Notes: generated from the letters alone by a model not told the origin. 45,141 nt of DNA from Desulfovibrionaceae bacterium (GCA_963605975.1 CAVCWN010000256.1:1-45141); one strand, 5' to 3'; positions 18,497 through 28,397 are shown, counted from the stretch's first letter. A program made the numbers and translations.

Positions 18497-19975
18497 GTGC
18501 CTACTACTAAAGCTAAATTGACAGGACGTGAACAAGTTACAAATGTAATTTATTGGATTCTTCGCGTTGTGTCTGTTTTTTATGTACTATTTCTGTTTTT
18601 ACCAAGTGTAAACCCTGCAAGGATTACAACAAATATTAACAGAAACCATTCTTTGTTGACATCAGGCTTCTTTTATAAGATTTTAACTGATGGTATGGGT
18701 CGTGGCATTCAGAAAGGCTGGATGTCAGAAACTGCTCTTTTAATCGATTATTTTGCAAGTATGGCTTGTTGTATTGGTGCAATTCTTGCCGGAGTTGGCG
18801 GATGTACATCAGTTGGTAACAATAAGCTTAAAAGAATTGCTGCATTCTTTTCGATTGGCGGTGGTGTAATTGGTGCTGTCAGCATTTTTGGTGTTATTAA
18901 GGCAAGACAGATTTTGATTGACCTTGTAGCTGCACATCCAAATTATGCTGAAAAGACAAATGTAAACTACAGTAATTCTAACATTCTTCTGTTTGCGATT
19001 ATTGCAATTGTAATTTTTGTTTTGGGAATTACTGTTCTTATTCTTAACAAGAAACCTGAAAAGGGCGAAAAAGTTCATATTGAAGCAAAATACAGACTCT
19101 TCCTTATGTTCATGCCTTTTGCAATTTTGGTTTTCGTATTCAGCTACCTTCCACTTTGGGGATGGCGCTATTCATTCTTTGATTACAAAGCAGGCCAGAC
19201 GCTTTCAATGGATCAGTTTGTTGGATTCAAATGGTTTGTTGCTTTAATTAAAGATCCTGCTTATGCAAAACTTGTAGGCCGTGTAATGATAAATACTTTG
19301 GCAATGTCAGGTATTGGTCTTATTACTTCTTGGCTGCCAATGATTTTTGCAGTATTCCTTTCTGAAATTAAGAGTACAAGAGTACGCCGCTTTATTCAGA
19401 CATGTACAACATTGCCTAACTTTATTTCATGGGTACTTGTATACGCTGTTGCTCTTGCAATTTTTAGTACAGACGGATTCCTTTCATCTTTCATGGTACA
19501 AAATGGTTTCTGGGACAAGGGTAAAAACTTCCTCATGAGTTCAAAGGGTACATGGTTCAAGATGTGGGCCTGGGGTACATGGAAAGGTTTGGGATGGAGT
19601 GCAATCATTTATATTTCTGCAATTTCTGGTATTGACCAGCAGCTTTATGAAGCAGCAACGGTTGACGGTGCAGGTCGTTTCCAGAAGATGTGGCACGTAA
19701 CACTTCCAGAATTGGTTCCTACATACTGTGTACTTTTGACACTCCAGATTGCAGGTATTCTTAGCAATGGTATGGAACAGTACTTCTGTTTCGAAAATGC
19801 TATGAACAGAGATTCAATCCTGGTTCTTGACCTGTATGTATATAAAATTGGTATTGGTAGTGGACTTATTCCTTTGTCAACAGTTGTAGGTATGCTTAAG
19901 TCTATTGTTTCAGTAATTTTACTCTTTATTGCCAATAGTATTTCTAAGTTAGTCCGTGGTACAGGTGTAGTATAA
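18497..19975 (+). CDS. Carbohydrate ABC permease (LplB-like) with extra N-terminal membrane domain
   Basis: LPNFISWV, LYEAATVDGA (EAA loop); AAGGAG before GTG at 18497. Confidence 0.9.
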   Translation: MPTTKAKLTGREQVTNVIYWILRVVSVFYVLFLFLPSVNPARITTNINRNHSLLTSGFFYKILTDGMGRGIQKGWMSETALLIDYFASMACCIGAILAGVGGCTSVGNNKLKRIAAFFSIGGGVIGAVSIFGVIKARQILIDLVAAHPNYAEKTNVNYSNSNILLFAIIAIVIFVLGITVLILNKKPEKGEKVHIEAKYRLFLMFMPFAILVFVFSYLPLWGWRYSFFDYKAGQTLSMDQFVGFKWFVALIKDPAYAKLVGRVMINTLAMSGIGLITSWLPMIFAVFLSEIKSTRVRRFIQTCTTLPNFISWVLVYAVALAIFSTDGFLSSFMVQNGFWDKGKNFLMSSKGTWFKMWAWGTWKGLGWSAIIYISAISGIDQQLYEAATVDGAGRFQKMWHVTLPELVPTYCVLLTLQIAGILSNGMEQYFCFENAMNRDSILVLDLYVYKIGIGSGLIPLSTVVGMLKSIVSVILLFIANSISKLVRGTGVV

Positions 19976-19993
19976 TAAAGGAGAACAGGGAAA

Positions 19994-20896
19994 ATGAAAA
20001 AATCATATCTTAAGCCGGGAGATGTAATATTTAACTTCTTTAACTATTTATTCTTCTTCCTTTTCACATTCTTGTGTGTATTTCCTTTCTACTACCTCTT
20101 TATTAATACAATTTCTAATAATGAATTGGTACAGAAGGGTGTAATTAACTTCTACCCTAGAGGAATTCACCTTAAGAACTATCTGGCCCTTCGTTCTGTA
20201 AAGGACTTGGGAAGAGCTTTTTTGGTAACATTCTCTAGAACAATTATTGGTACATCTTTGATGGTTATGGCTTCTGGCTTTGTTGGATATATCATGACAA
20301 AGCAGGAAATGTGGGCTAGAAAATTCTGGTACCGCTTCTTGATTATCACAATGTACTTTAACGCAGGTATTATTCCTTGGTTTATGACAATGCAGATGTT
20401 GGGTCTTACAAACAACTACCTCGCTTATATTATTCCTGGTATTGTTTCCCCATACAACATCATCCTTGTTAAAACTTATATTGAATCAATTCCTGCGGAA
20501 CTGGAAGAATCGGCTGCAATTGATGGTGCGTCTTACTGGACAATCTTTACAAGAATTATTTGGCCGCTTTCGAAGCCAATTCTTGCTACAATTGCAATCT
20601 TTGGTGCTGTAGGTAACTGGAACAGTTTGCAGGATTCCCTGATTTTGATGCAGGCTAACGATAAATTGTTCACACTCCAGCACATTTTGTACAATTATTT
20701 GAACAAGACATCTAACCTTGGTGCTATGATGAATTCGGGTACTCAGATTTCTGATGCAATGCGTGCTTCACTCTTTAACACAAAAGTTACTAAGTACACG
20801 ATTTCTATGGTTACTGCTATTCCAATCCTTGTTGTTTATCCTTTCATGCAGAAGTACTTTGAAAAAGGTATTATGCTGGGTGCAGTTAAGGGTTGA
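19994..20896 (+). CDS. Carbohydrate ABC permease (LplC-like)
   Basis: TMYFNAGIIP, LEESAAIDGA, YPFMQKYF.KG...GAVKG. Confidence 0.93.
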   Translation: MKKSYLKPGDVIFNFFNYLFFFLFTFLCVFPFYYLFINTISNNELVQKGVINFYPRGIHLKNYLALRSVKDLGRAFLVTFSRTIIGTSLMVMASGFVGYIMTKQEMWARKFWYRFLIITMYFNAGIIPWFMTMQMLGLTNNYLAYIIPGIVSPYNIILVKTYIESIPAELEESAAIDGASYWTIFTRIIWPLSKPILATIAIFGAVGNWNSLQDSLILMQANDKLFTLQHILYNYLNKTSNLGAMMNSGTQISDAMRASLFNTKVTKYTISMVTAIPILVVYPFMQKYFEKGIMLGAVKG

Positions 20897-20988
20897 TATT
20901 TAGCATATATGTTTGAGAAAAGACGTTTTCAATAAATTTAAAAATGGAATCGTCACGTTAAAAAATGTTTGTTTCAGTAGGAGGAATT

Positions 20989-22668
20989 ATGAAACAGATT
21001 ACAAAAATTGCAGGAAGCTTAATTCTTGCAGCTGCAGCTTTGGGATTGACAAGCTGTGGTGGAAATGGTGGTAAAAAGGGCGAAGTAATTACTTTGCAGG
21101 TTTACGACCAGTTGGCTAACTATTCTGGTGAACAGATTGGTTGGTTTGGAAAGATCATGGAAGACAAGTTCAACGTAAAGTTGAACATCATCCCAGAATC
21201 TGGAAATACATACACAACACGTATGGAAAGCCAGAACCTCGGTGACATTGTTATCTGGGGTGCTGATGGTGATGACTACCTTGATGCAGTAGATGCTGGA
21301 CTTCTCCTTGACTGGGAAGAAGAAGATCTCCTTTCAGAACACGGTGCTTATATTAAGGATCACATGCACCAGGCTCTTGAAAAGAACCGCGAAATTTCTG
21401 GAACAGGAAAGATTTACGGTTTTGGACACGGTGTTTCAACATCTTCAAAGGACCGCCAGGCATTCTTCTACACATGGGATATCCGCTTTGATCTTTATGA
21501 ACAGCTCGGAAAACCAGAAGTTAAGAACTATGATGACCTCGTAGAACTCTTCAAGAAAATGAAGGAAATCTGCCCAACAGACGACAACGGTAAAGAAACA
21601 TATGCATTGTCATTGTTCCCAGACTGGGACGGTAACATGGTAATGTTCGTTAAGTCTTTGGTAACAGCTTACGTTGGATGGGATGAATTTGAATTTGGTC
21701 TTTATGATCCAGAAACAGGTACATACCACGATTGTCTTGAACCAGATGGCGAATACATCAAGTCTATGCGCTTTATCAACAAGCTCTATCAGAACGGTCT
21801 CTTGGACCCAGATAGCATGACACAGAACTACGATGCAATGTCTGAAGACTACACAAACGGTACAGCATTCTTCAACATCTTCAACTGGATGGCTTCTGGT
21901 GTTTATAACACAGATGCTCACGTACAGGCTGGAAAGGCTATGTACCCAATCCGCCCAACAGATGCAAGCCCAATCGTTTACGGTCAGTCAGTATTTGGAT
22001 CAAACCGCATTTGGTCTATTGGTTCAAAGACAGAATATCCAGAACTTTGTATGGACATTATCAACTGGCTCTGTACTCCAGAGGGATTCATGACATCACT
22101 TTATGGTCCTAAGGGTGTTACATGGGATTATGATGACAATGGTAAGACATACTTCACAGAACTTGGTAGAACTGTTCAGCAGGACGACAAGACTGTTATG
22201 CCAGCTCCATATTCTGGAACATACAAAGATGGTTCATTCCAGATGAACAACATCACATGGGCAAACGATGCTACAAACCCAGATTCTAATGGTGAAACAT
22301 ACAACAAGGATAACTGGGCAAGCAACGCTACACCAGCTAAGTCTGAAATTGAACAGAGATGGCGTGACTGGGCAGATGCAGTATCTGTAGAAGATTACCT
22401 TGGAAAGGGTAAGTATGTTGTAGCTCCTGGTTCAGCATTCTCTATTGGTACAAAGACTGAAGATCTTCAGATGAAGTCTAACCAGATGCAGACATGTATC
22501 AAGACTGGTACATGGAACGCAATCTATGCAAAGAGCGATGCTGAATTTGATTCACTTGTTGCTAAGATGACAGAAGAAGCTAAGGGTTACGGATATGACG
22601 AACTCAAGGCTTGGGCTCAGGAACAGGCAGCACGCAAAAAGGCAGCTGAAGACGCAGCAGCTGAGTAA
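20989..22668 (+). CDS. Carbohydrate ABC substrate-binding lipoprotein
   Basis: LTSC lipobox, AGGAGG RBS, IR.DLYEQLGKP..YDDL; operon context. Confidence 0.88.
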   Translation: MKQITKIAGSLILAAAALGLTSCGGNGGKKGEVITLQVYDQLANYSGEQIGWFGKIMEDKFNVKLNIIPESGNTYTTRMESQNLGDIVIWGADGDDYLDAVDAGLLLDWEEEDLLSEHGAYIKDHMHQALEKNREISGTGKIYGFGHGVSTSSKDRQAFFYTWDIRFDLYEQLGKPEVKNYDDLVELFKKMKEICPTDDNGKETYALSLFPDWDGNMVMFVKSLVTAYVGWDEFEFGLYDPETGTYHDCLEPDGEYIKSMRFINKLYQNGLLDPDSMTQNYDAMSEDYTNGTAFFNIFNWMASGVYNTDAHVQAGKAMYPIRPTDASPIVYGQSVFGSNRIWSIGSKTEYPELCMDIINWLCTPEGFMTSLYGPKGVTWDYDDNGKTYFTELGRTVQQDDKTVMPAPYSGTYKDGSFQMNNITWANDATNPDSNGETYNKDNWASNATPAKSEIEQRWRDWADAVSVEDYLGKGKYVVAPGSAFSIGTKTEDLQMKSNQMQTCIKTGTWNAIYAKSDAEFDSLVAKMTEEAKGYGYDELKAWAQEQAARKKAAEDAAAE

Positions 22669-22698
22669 GCGCTTGAATAGTTAAACATTTTGTTTGAC

Positions 22699-22733
22699 AA
22701 AATCCGCTCGGGTTTTTCCTGGGCGGATTTTTT
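22699..22733 (+). terminator. Intrinsic terminator
   Basis: AAAATCCGCTCGG/CTGGGCGGATTTT followed by T run. Confidence 0.8.
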
Positions 22734-22840
22734 GTTTTAAATCAAATCTGTTTTTGACGATAAAAATTTCTGTGAAAAAATAAAATAATTTTTATTTACT
22801 AAGTCTATTTTTTAGGGAGGAAAAGCGGTATATTTTAAGA

Positions 22841-23539
22841 ATGGGAATTTTTAATACTGAAGGAAAACTTTACAAGGCGATAACGTGGATTGGGAATTTG
22901 TTTTTTTTAAACTTATGCTGGCTGCTTTTTAGCTTGCCGATTGTGACGATTGGGGCTTCGACTGTGGCGGCACATTCGATGATGTTTAAGTTGATGGAAG
23001 ACAAGGAAGGCTACCTCTTTAAGGGATTTGTGAAGGCTTTTAAAGAGAACTTTGTACAGGGGACAATTCTTTGGCTGATTACGGCGGTGGCTGCTTACGG
23101 CATTTTTATTGATTTGCAGTTTATGTTTAATAAGGATTGGGATCCGAGTGTGGCATTTTTGATTTTTAGTATTTTGGGAATTGCCATTGTTTTGTGTTCC
23201 CTTATTTATGCTTTTCCTTTGAGTGCCAGGTATAAAAATAAATTCTATATGCAAATAAAAAATTCTTTTTTGCTGGCTACGCTGCATCCTGTGAAGACGC
23301 TTTTGCTTTTGCTGATTATAGCAATTGAAATTGCCGGTATGTGGTGGAATACGGTTACTTTGATTTTGGTTATTTTGATTGGACCAATGCTTTTGATTGC
23401 GACAGTTGCAGGTTTTTCAAAAAGAATTTTTGATTTGAATGATAAGCGAAATGCAGAAATTGGAATAAAACCAACTTATGTGAACCCAGATGATGAGCGT
23501 GATGCGGAAGAGAGAAAACTGGAAACTAAAGAAAATTAA
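22841..23539 (+). CDS. YesL/DUF624 membrane protein
   Basis: LN.CWLLFSLPIVTIGASTVA, F.KAFKENF; typical neighbour of sugar ABC operons. Confidence 0.88.
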   Translation: MGIFNTEGKLYKAITWIGNLFFLNLCWLLFSLPIVTIGASTVAAHSMMFKLMEDKEGYLFKGFVKAFKENFVQGTILWLITAVAAYGIFIDLQFMFNKDWDPSVAFLIFSILGIAIVLCSLIYAFPLSARYKNKFYMQIKNSFLLATLHPVKTLLLLLIIAIEIAGMWWNTVTLILVILIGPMLLIATVAGFSKRIFDLNDKRNAEIGIKPTYVNPDDERDAEERKLETKEN

Positions 23540-23578
23540 TTTTTGAAATTGTTGTTGAGAAACTTGCATGTAAGATTT

Positions 23579-23687
23579 GCAGCCTAGCCCGCCGTGTAGT
23601 GGGCTGCCGAAGGCAGAGTGCGAAGCACCGAGGCGATAGCCGAGCCACGAAAGGGCGGTTGAAGGAAAGGCGGGATGCTTCAAAAAA
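23579..23687 (-). repeat. Family B repeat, reverse orientation
   Basis: Reverse complement reads TTTTGAAGCATCCC..CTGCCTTCGGC..CTACACGGCGGGCTA. Confidence 0.7.
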
Positions 23688-23702
23688 CACTACCAACTGA
23701 AT

Positions 23703-23781
23703 TTGCTTTCTAAAAAAAGTTATGTTATAATTTTGGATATGTTATTGACACGAAATTCAGCAGTTGCTATGCTCAACTGCT
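23703..23781 (+). promoter_or_regulatory. Tandem sigma70 promoters with palindromic operator candidate
   Basis: TTGCTT-N17-TATAAT (23703-23731); TTGACA-N17-TATGCT (23745-23773); AGCAGTTG-N7-CAACTGCT brackets the second -10. Confidence 0.6.
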
Positions 23782-23820
23782 AAGGCCGTAGTTTGTTTTA
23801 ATGTCAAGAAAGAAAAGTTT

Positions 23821-24846
23821 TTGAAAAATATAAGGGCACATTTCGTGCGCGTGTTACGTGCGGGGTGTGCTTTTTTGTTTTTAAATTCTCTGGCTTTTGC
23901 AAAATCAAAGGCCGTGCCGGAATGGGTGGAAAATTATAGGGCGGCCTATCCTGCGGCTGAATATCTTGCACAGCGGGGCAGTGGCGATTCTGCGGAGAGG
24001 GCGAAAAATGATGCCACGGCTGCCTTTTCGCGATATTTTAAAACTAGTGTTAATGCAAATCTTTCTACGACGATGACTTCGGTGACGGTCGGGGATTCTA
24101 TCGAAGAAAAAACTCTTGTGGTCGATGACGTAAATGTCCAATCTCAGGTTGATTTTTTCGCTCTGGAATACACGGAGCCTTATTATCTTAAATCAGAAAA
24201 AAAATGGTATTGCGTCGTTTTTATTAATCGCTCTGATGCGTGGACTCAGTACAAGCCACAAATTGAACTAAAAAAGAATGCTTTTTCTGGGCTTTATAAA
24301 AATCTTGAAAAGGAAAGTGATTATTTTACCAGGCTGGGACTTTGCAAAAAAGCCTTTGCGAGCGGGACTGAACTTTTGGAAAAACTGGAATATGGGCGAA
24401 TCATAAATCCGGTGGAAGAGGCTTTTTATCAGGATGATAGGGACAAAATCGCAAATATTCAGGTGATTTTTGAGGAAGCGAAATCAAATTGTTCCATATA
24501 TATTCAACTAAACTCTGATTATAACAGGACAATTTCGACTGCTCTTTCAAACGCTTTTTCTGAGTGTGGATTTAAAGTCGTCAAAAATCAAAATGAAGCA
24601 AATTATCTGGCTGCGGTCGAGGTGGAAGACAATGTCAGCGGAAGTGAGCCGCTTTCAATCAATCCTGCGGTCAATTTGAAAATTTTGAATGGCGAAGAAA
24701 AATCGGTTTATTCGTATGAAATTTTGGCGGGCGAAAAATCCTTGGGCTACAGTCTGGAATCTGCACAAAAGAAAATCTACCCAAAATTATCTAAGGAATT
24801 AGAAGATGCTGTGGAAAAAGATTTATCCAGCGTCTTTAAATTATAA
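23821..24846 (+). CDS. Secreted LPP20-like protein (start uncertain)
   Basis: Signal-like FLFLNSLAFA, then VPEWV..YP..EYLAQRGSG..A...A. Confidence 0.65.
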   Translation: MKNIRAHFVRVLRAGCAFLFLNSLAFAKSKAVPEWVENYRAAYPAAEYLAQRGSGDSAERAKNDATAAFSRYFKTSVNANLSTTMTSVTVGDSIEEKTLVVDDVNVQSQVDFFALEYTEPYYLKSEKKWYCVVFINRSDAWTQYKPQIELKKNAFSGLYKNLEKESDYFTRLGLCKKAFASGTELLEKLEYGRIINPVEEAFYQDDRDKIANIQVIFEEAKSNCSIYIQLNSDYNRTISTALSNAFSECGFKVVKNQNEANYLAAVEVEDNVSGSEPLSINPAVNLKILNGEEKSVYSYEILAGEKSLGYSLESAQKKIYPKLSKELEDAVEKDLSSVFKL

Positions 24847-24858
24847 CTATCCAGAAAG

Positions 24859-24891
24859 GTCATTCCGCCCCTGAAATAAATTCAGGGTGAC
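24859..24891. repeat. REP-like palindrome, family C
   Basis: GTCATTCCG..CCCTGAAATAAATTCAGGGTGAC. Confidence 0.65.
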
Positions 24892-24939
24892 GGCTTCTGG
24901 GCAGTCTAAAAAAATAACTTTTTCATTCGGAGGATAAAA

Positions 24940-25824
24940 ATGAAAAAAATTACATTCACTGTTTCGGTTATGGCGGCTTTTATGGCTATGGGGCTCATTT
25001 CTTGCGCAAGTACAGGTAATGTTCAGGAAACAAGGCCTGCGGAAGATAAAACTGTAAAAGTTGAAGTTGATGACGATGTCGATAAGGTCGTTGTGATTGA
25101 CTGGACGGAGAGAACTTTGGGCGAAATTGCGGCTCCAACCTGGCTTAAAAATATGCGTCGGGGAAACAGCGACACTTTTAAACAGATGTGGGGGCTGGAT
25201 TCTAACCGCGTTGTAAAAGTTAGCATGGCGACTGGAAAAACTGAGGCGACTGCCCAGGCGTTGAGCCGTGCGGGTTTTGCTTATGCACAGGCTGCGGAAC
25301 TTAATCAGAAAGTAATCGGTCGGGTAGGTCAGGGCTTGAATGATGTTGGTCAGCTGGAAGCTTTGTATGTTGCGGCAAGTGAATCAAAGGCTGATATGAG
25401 TGGGCTTCGTGAAGAAACTGGATTTTATCAGAAAGTTCGCACAACTCGGGCTGGCACAAAAGAGCAGAGCGAACAGTTTGTTTATTACACAGTTTATTCT
25501 ATGGATAAGGCAACCTGGGACAATCTCTGTAAAAAATATCTGATTGACATTATGGGCGGGGCTGATTTGACGACTGAAACTCAGAAAAAAGTTGGGGCAC
25601 TTTTTAGCGAGATGAAGGAAGATGCTGACAAAAAAGATGCTGAAAAACAGGCTGAGGAAGAAGCTTTGTACAAGGCCCAGATGGCAAGGCTTGAAGCTGA
25701 AACTGCAAAAGCAAATGCGGAAACTGCCAAGGCTGGCTTAAAGGCAAAAGAAATGGATGCCAAGGAAGCGGAAACTAAGCAGGCGGTTGAAGAAGCAGTG
25801 GATTTGGCTAGTTTTTTAATGTAG
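24940..25824 (+). CDS. Lipoprotein with C-terminal coiled coil
   Basis: LISC lipobox; GGAGG RBS; IDW...LG...PTW; A/E/K-rich tail. Confidence 0.8.
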   Translation: MKKITFTVSVMAAFMAMGLISCASTGNVQETRPAEDKTVKVEVDDDVDKVVVIDWTERTLGEIAAPTWLKNMRRGNSDTFKQMWGLDSNRVVKVSMATGKTEATAQALSRAGFAYAQAAELNQKVIGRVGQGLNDVGQLEALYVAASESKADMSGLREETGFYQKVRTTRAGTKEQSEQFVYYTVYSMDKATWDNLCKKYLIDIMGGADLTTETQKKVGALFSEMKEDADKKDAEKQAEEEALYKAQMARLEAETAKANAETAKAGLKAKEMDAKEAETKQAVEEAVDLASFLM

Positions 25825-25850
25825 GGGAATGGTTGTAACTATTCAGAACC

Positions 25851-25956
25851 GTTATTCCGGACTTGTTCCGGAATCTCATCGTGAGATGCTGAAACAAGTT
25901 CAGCATGACGTGCTGGGAGATGCTGAACCCTGAACTTGATTCAGGGACAGCATGCC
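25851..25956. repeat. Cluster of family C REP-like palindromes
   Basis: GTTATTCCGGACTTGTTCCGGAATCTC, GAGATGCTGAAACAAGTTCAGCATGAC, CCCTGAACTTGATTCAGGG. Confidence 0.75.
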
Positions 25957-26007
25957 GGTTTGGAGTCCCTTTGAATTTACAGGTTGGAAAAATAAAAGGT
26001 GTAAAAA

Positions 26008-28394
26008 ATGCGAGTAAAGAAGTTTTTTGTTTTGATTTTGTCATTGTTTGTTGCTGTTTCTCTTTATGGCCAGGCAAAATATTCTGTTCAGGTTATAAAT
26101 CAGGAAACTGTAAATCTTTCTGCTTCCGAAGCTGCCTGGCTTCCAGGTCAAGTGCAGGATAAGTTAAAGAGTAATTTGCAGGAATATCTTGAGATGAAGA
26201 TCGTGGTCGATTCTAAATCAGAAAAGGCCTTAAAAAAACTCCAGGCGGAAAGTGAGGGGGACGGTCGTGACGAAACAACTGCAATTGAACTTGGAAAAAT
26301 CACCACTGCAAAATTCGCACTTTTTACAAAAATCCGCAAAACTGCAAATGGCTATACAATCAGTGCGGATTTTACAGATTTGACGACCGGAGAGCAGATG
26401 GTGTCTGTCACGAGTAAAGAATATTCAAAGGCAGAATATCTTTATGGTTCGACAGGGGCGGTTGACGAAATCACTTTGAAACTTTCAGAAAAACTCAATA
26501 TCAAACTTTCTGATTTGAACAAAAATCTTCTTACAAGCGGTTCTGCAAATTTCAGTCTTGATGAACAGTTGCAACTTGCAAAGCAAAATGAAGAGCAGTT
26601 CAACAAGATGATGAGTGATTATGATGCGGAACTTTCAAAATTGATGACTTCTAATGATATAAATGCCGTTCAGAATAAAAAGAGAATTGAGGCAGAAAAG
26701 GCACTTTTACAGGAAAAACAGAATACTGAGAAAAAACGACAGAAAGAACTTGCTGAACAAAAGGCTAGGGCTGCAGAAGATGAAAAACTTGAAAACGAAC
26801 GTTCAATTGCCCTAAAAACTCAGTGAGACCAGATGGCAAAAGATGCAGCGGCAAAAGCGGCTGAAGTGAGAAAATTAAAAACAGAAAAACAGGGAGTTTT
26901 GGCTTTTATAACTACGCTCGAAAGTAAGAAAAAAGCCCTTGTGAAAATCCGGCAAGAGGTGGAAGAGCGTAGTGTGGAACTTCACAATCAGATGAAAGAT
27001 GATGAAGCCGAACAGGCAATAAAAATTCTTGAGGCAAATTGGGTAAGTGTTGAACTTAAAGATGGAAAACCGACAGAAGCTGCAAAACAGCGAAGAGCAA
27101 ACAAAGTTTTTGCTAACTACGACGCTTTGCTTGCAAAATTTATTGCTGATTGTGAGAGCGTAAAACAGTCAACAATGACTCAGCAGACAGAACTTTTACA
27201 AAGTATTGATGCTGATTATAAAAACTTGCGGCTGTGAAGACGGTAAGCAGCATGGGTGATGAGTTAAAAGTAAGTTACGGAACTTACGACGGCGATAAAA
27301 ACGGCTGGAATGCATATCTTTCGCTGTATTCTGATGGGATTTTGCTTTTTCAGGATACTTTTATCGTGAAATATGAGGCCCTTGCAGGAAAGCCGGCTCC
27401 TGATTTGTCGACTGCAAGCGATAAAGAATTTGACGAATACATGAACAACACGGATATGTACACATCTCTTTTGGTTCGCGGGGATCCTATTTTGTATTTT
27501 GAGCTGGATTACAACGTTATAGCAGCAGGGGAAAACGAGCCGAGTAAGTATACGTTTTATTTTACAAAACTTACTGCAATAAATACGCTTAGTGGAAAGG
27601 TTGTACAGACGATTAGTTTAAATAACGAAGTTGTGAGGACGATGACGCTAGAGCAGGATTTGAGGGAGATTGAGGGCGTTGTGGCGGAGGAGAAGAAAGC
27701 TTATGAAGAAGATAAAACGACAATTGAAATGTTAAATAACCTTGTTGCTATTCCTGATAGAACTTATTCAATGCTAAAAACAGAAGTAACACAAGAAATG
27801 TATAAGAAAGTTATGGGGGAAAATCCAAGTAAGCATATAGGGGAAAATTTACCAGTTGAAAATGTGAGTTGGTATGACGCAATTTACTTTTGTAATAAGT
27901 TGAGTGAAAAAATGGGGTTAAAACCTGTTTATTCAGTTGATGGAATAACAGATGTTTCAAAATGGGGATACAGTCCACATCAGGGTAATTCGATAAGAGG
28001 TGAAATAAAACAAAATGAGACCGTTTCCAGCTTTAGACTACCAACTTATAATGAATGGAATTATGCAGCAAAAGGAGGTAACGATTATGTATATGCAGGA
28101 AGTGAAAATTTGGATGAAGTAGGGTGGTATAGGGATAACAGTGGTGATGAAACACATCCTGTAGGACAAAAGAAGGTAAACGGCTATGGCTTGTACGATA
28201 TGTCAGGCAACGTTTGGGAGTGGGTTTGGGATTCCCACTACTACGGCTACTACCTCTACGGCCGCAGCAGCTGCGGTGGCAGCTGCTGCAACCACGACTA
28301 CTACTGCCTGGTCGACAGTTCCTACAACTCGTACGCCTTCAAGTGCTACAATAACCTTGGTATTCGCCTGCTTTGCCCCTTTCAGCCTGAGTAA
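26008..28394 (+). pseudogene. Disrupted secreted protein: signal peptide, CsgG/LpoB-like domain, coiled coil, FGE-sulfatase (CLec-fold) domain; putative DGR target
   Basis: Three ORFs join via an in-frame TGA at 26824-26826 and a -1 shift at A5 (27220-27224); TEVTQ, PVENVSWYDA, RLPT..EW.YAA, NGYGLYDMSGNVWEW, LGIRL. Confidence 0.8.
28206..28380 (+). other. Putative DGR variable repeat (VR)
   Basis: 35 of 41 consecutive codons from 28233 end in C (TAC, CAC, AGC, TGC, GAC, GGC, AAC), unlike the A/T-ending codons just upstream. Confidence 0.75.
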
Positions 28395-28397
28395 CGA

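Noticed and set aside
20989..22668. Many C-ending codons (AAC, TAC, GAC) in the binding-protein gene and ppdK
   Set aside because: Spread over the whole gene, as expected for high-expression codon bias; not a local VR-like block
25851..25956. Possible CRISPR array or integron attC sites
   Set aside because: No regular repeat-spacer period, no cas or integrase gene; palindromes are nested and REP-like
26824..26826. TGA as selenocysteine or genetic-code reassignment
   Set aside because: Coiled-coil context fits Arg, no SECIS-like hairpin evident, and TGA ends other genes normally (20896, 43801)
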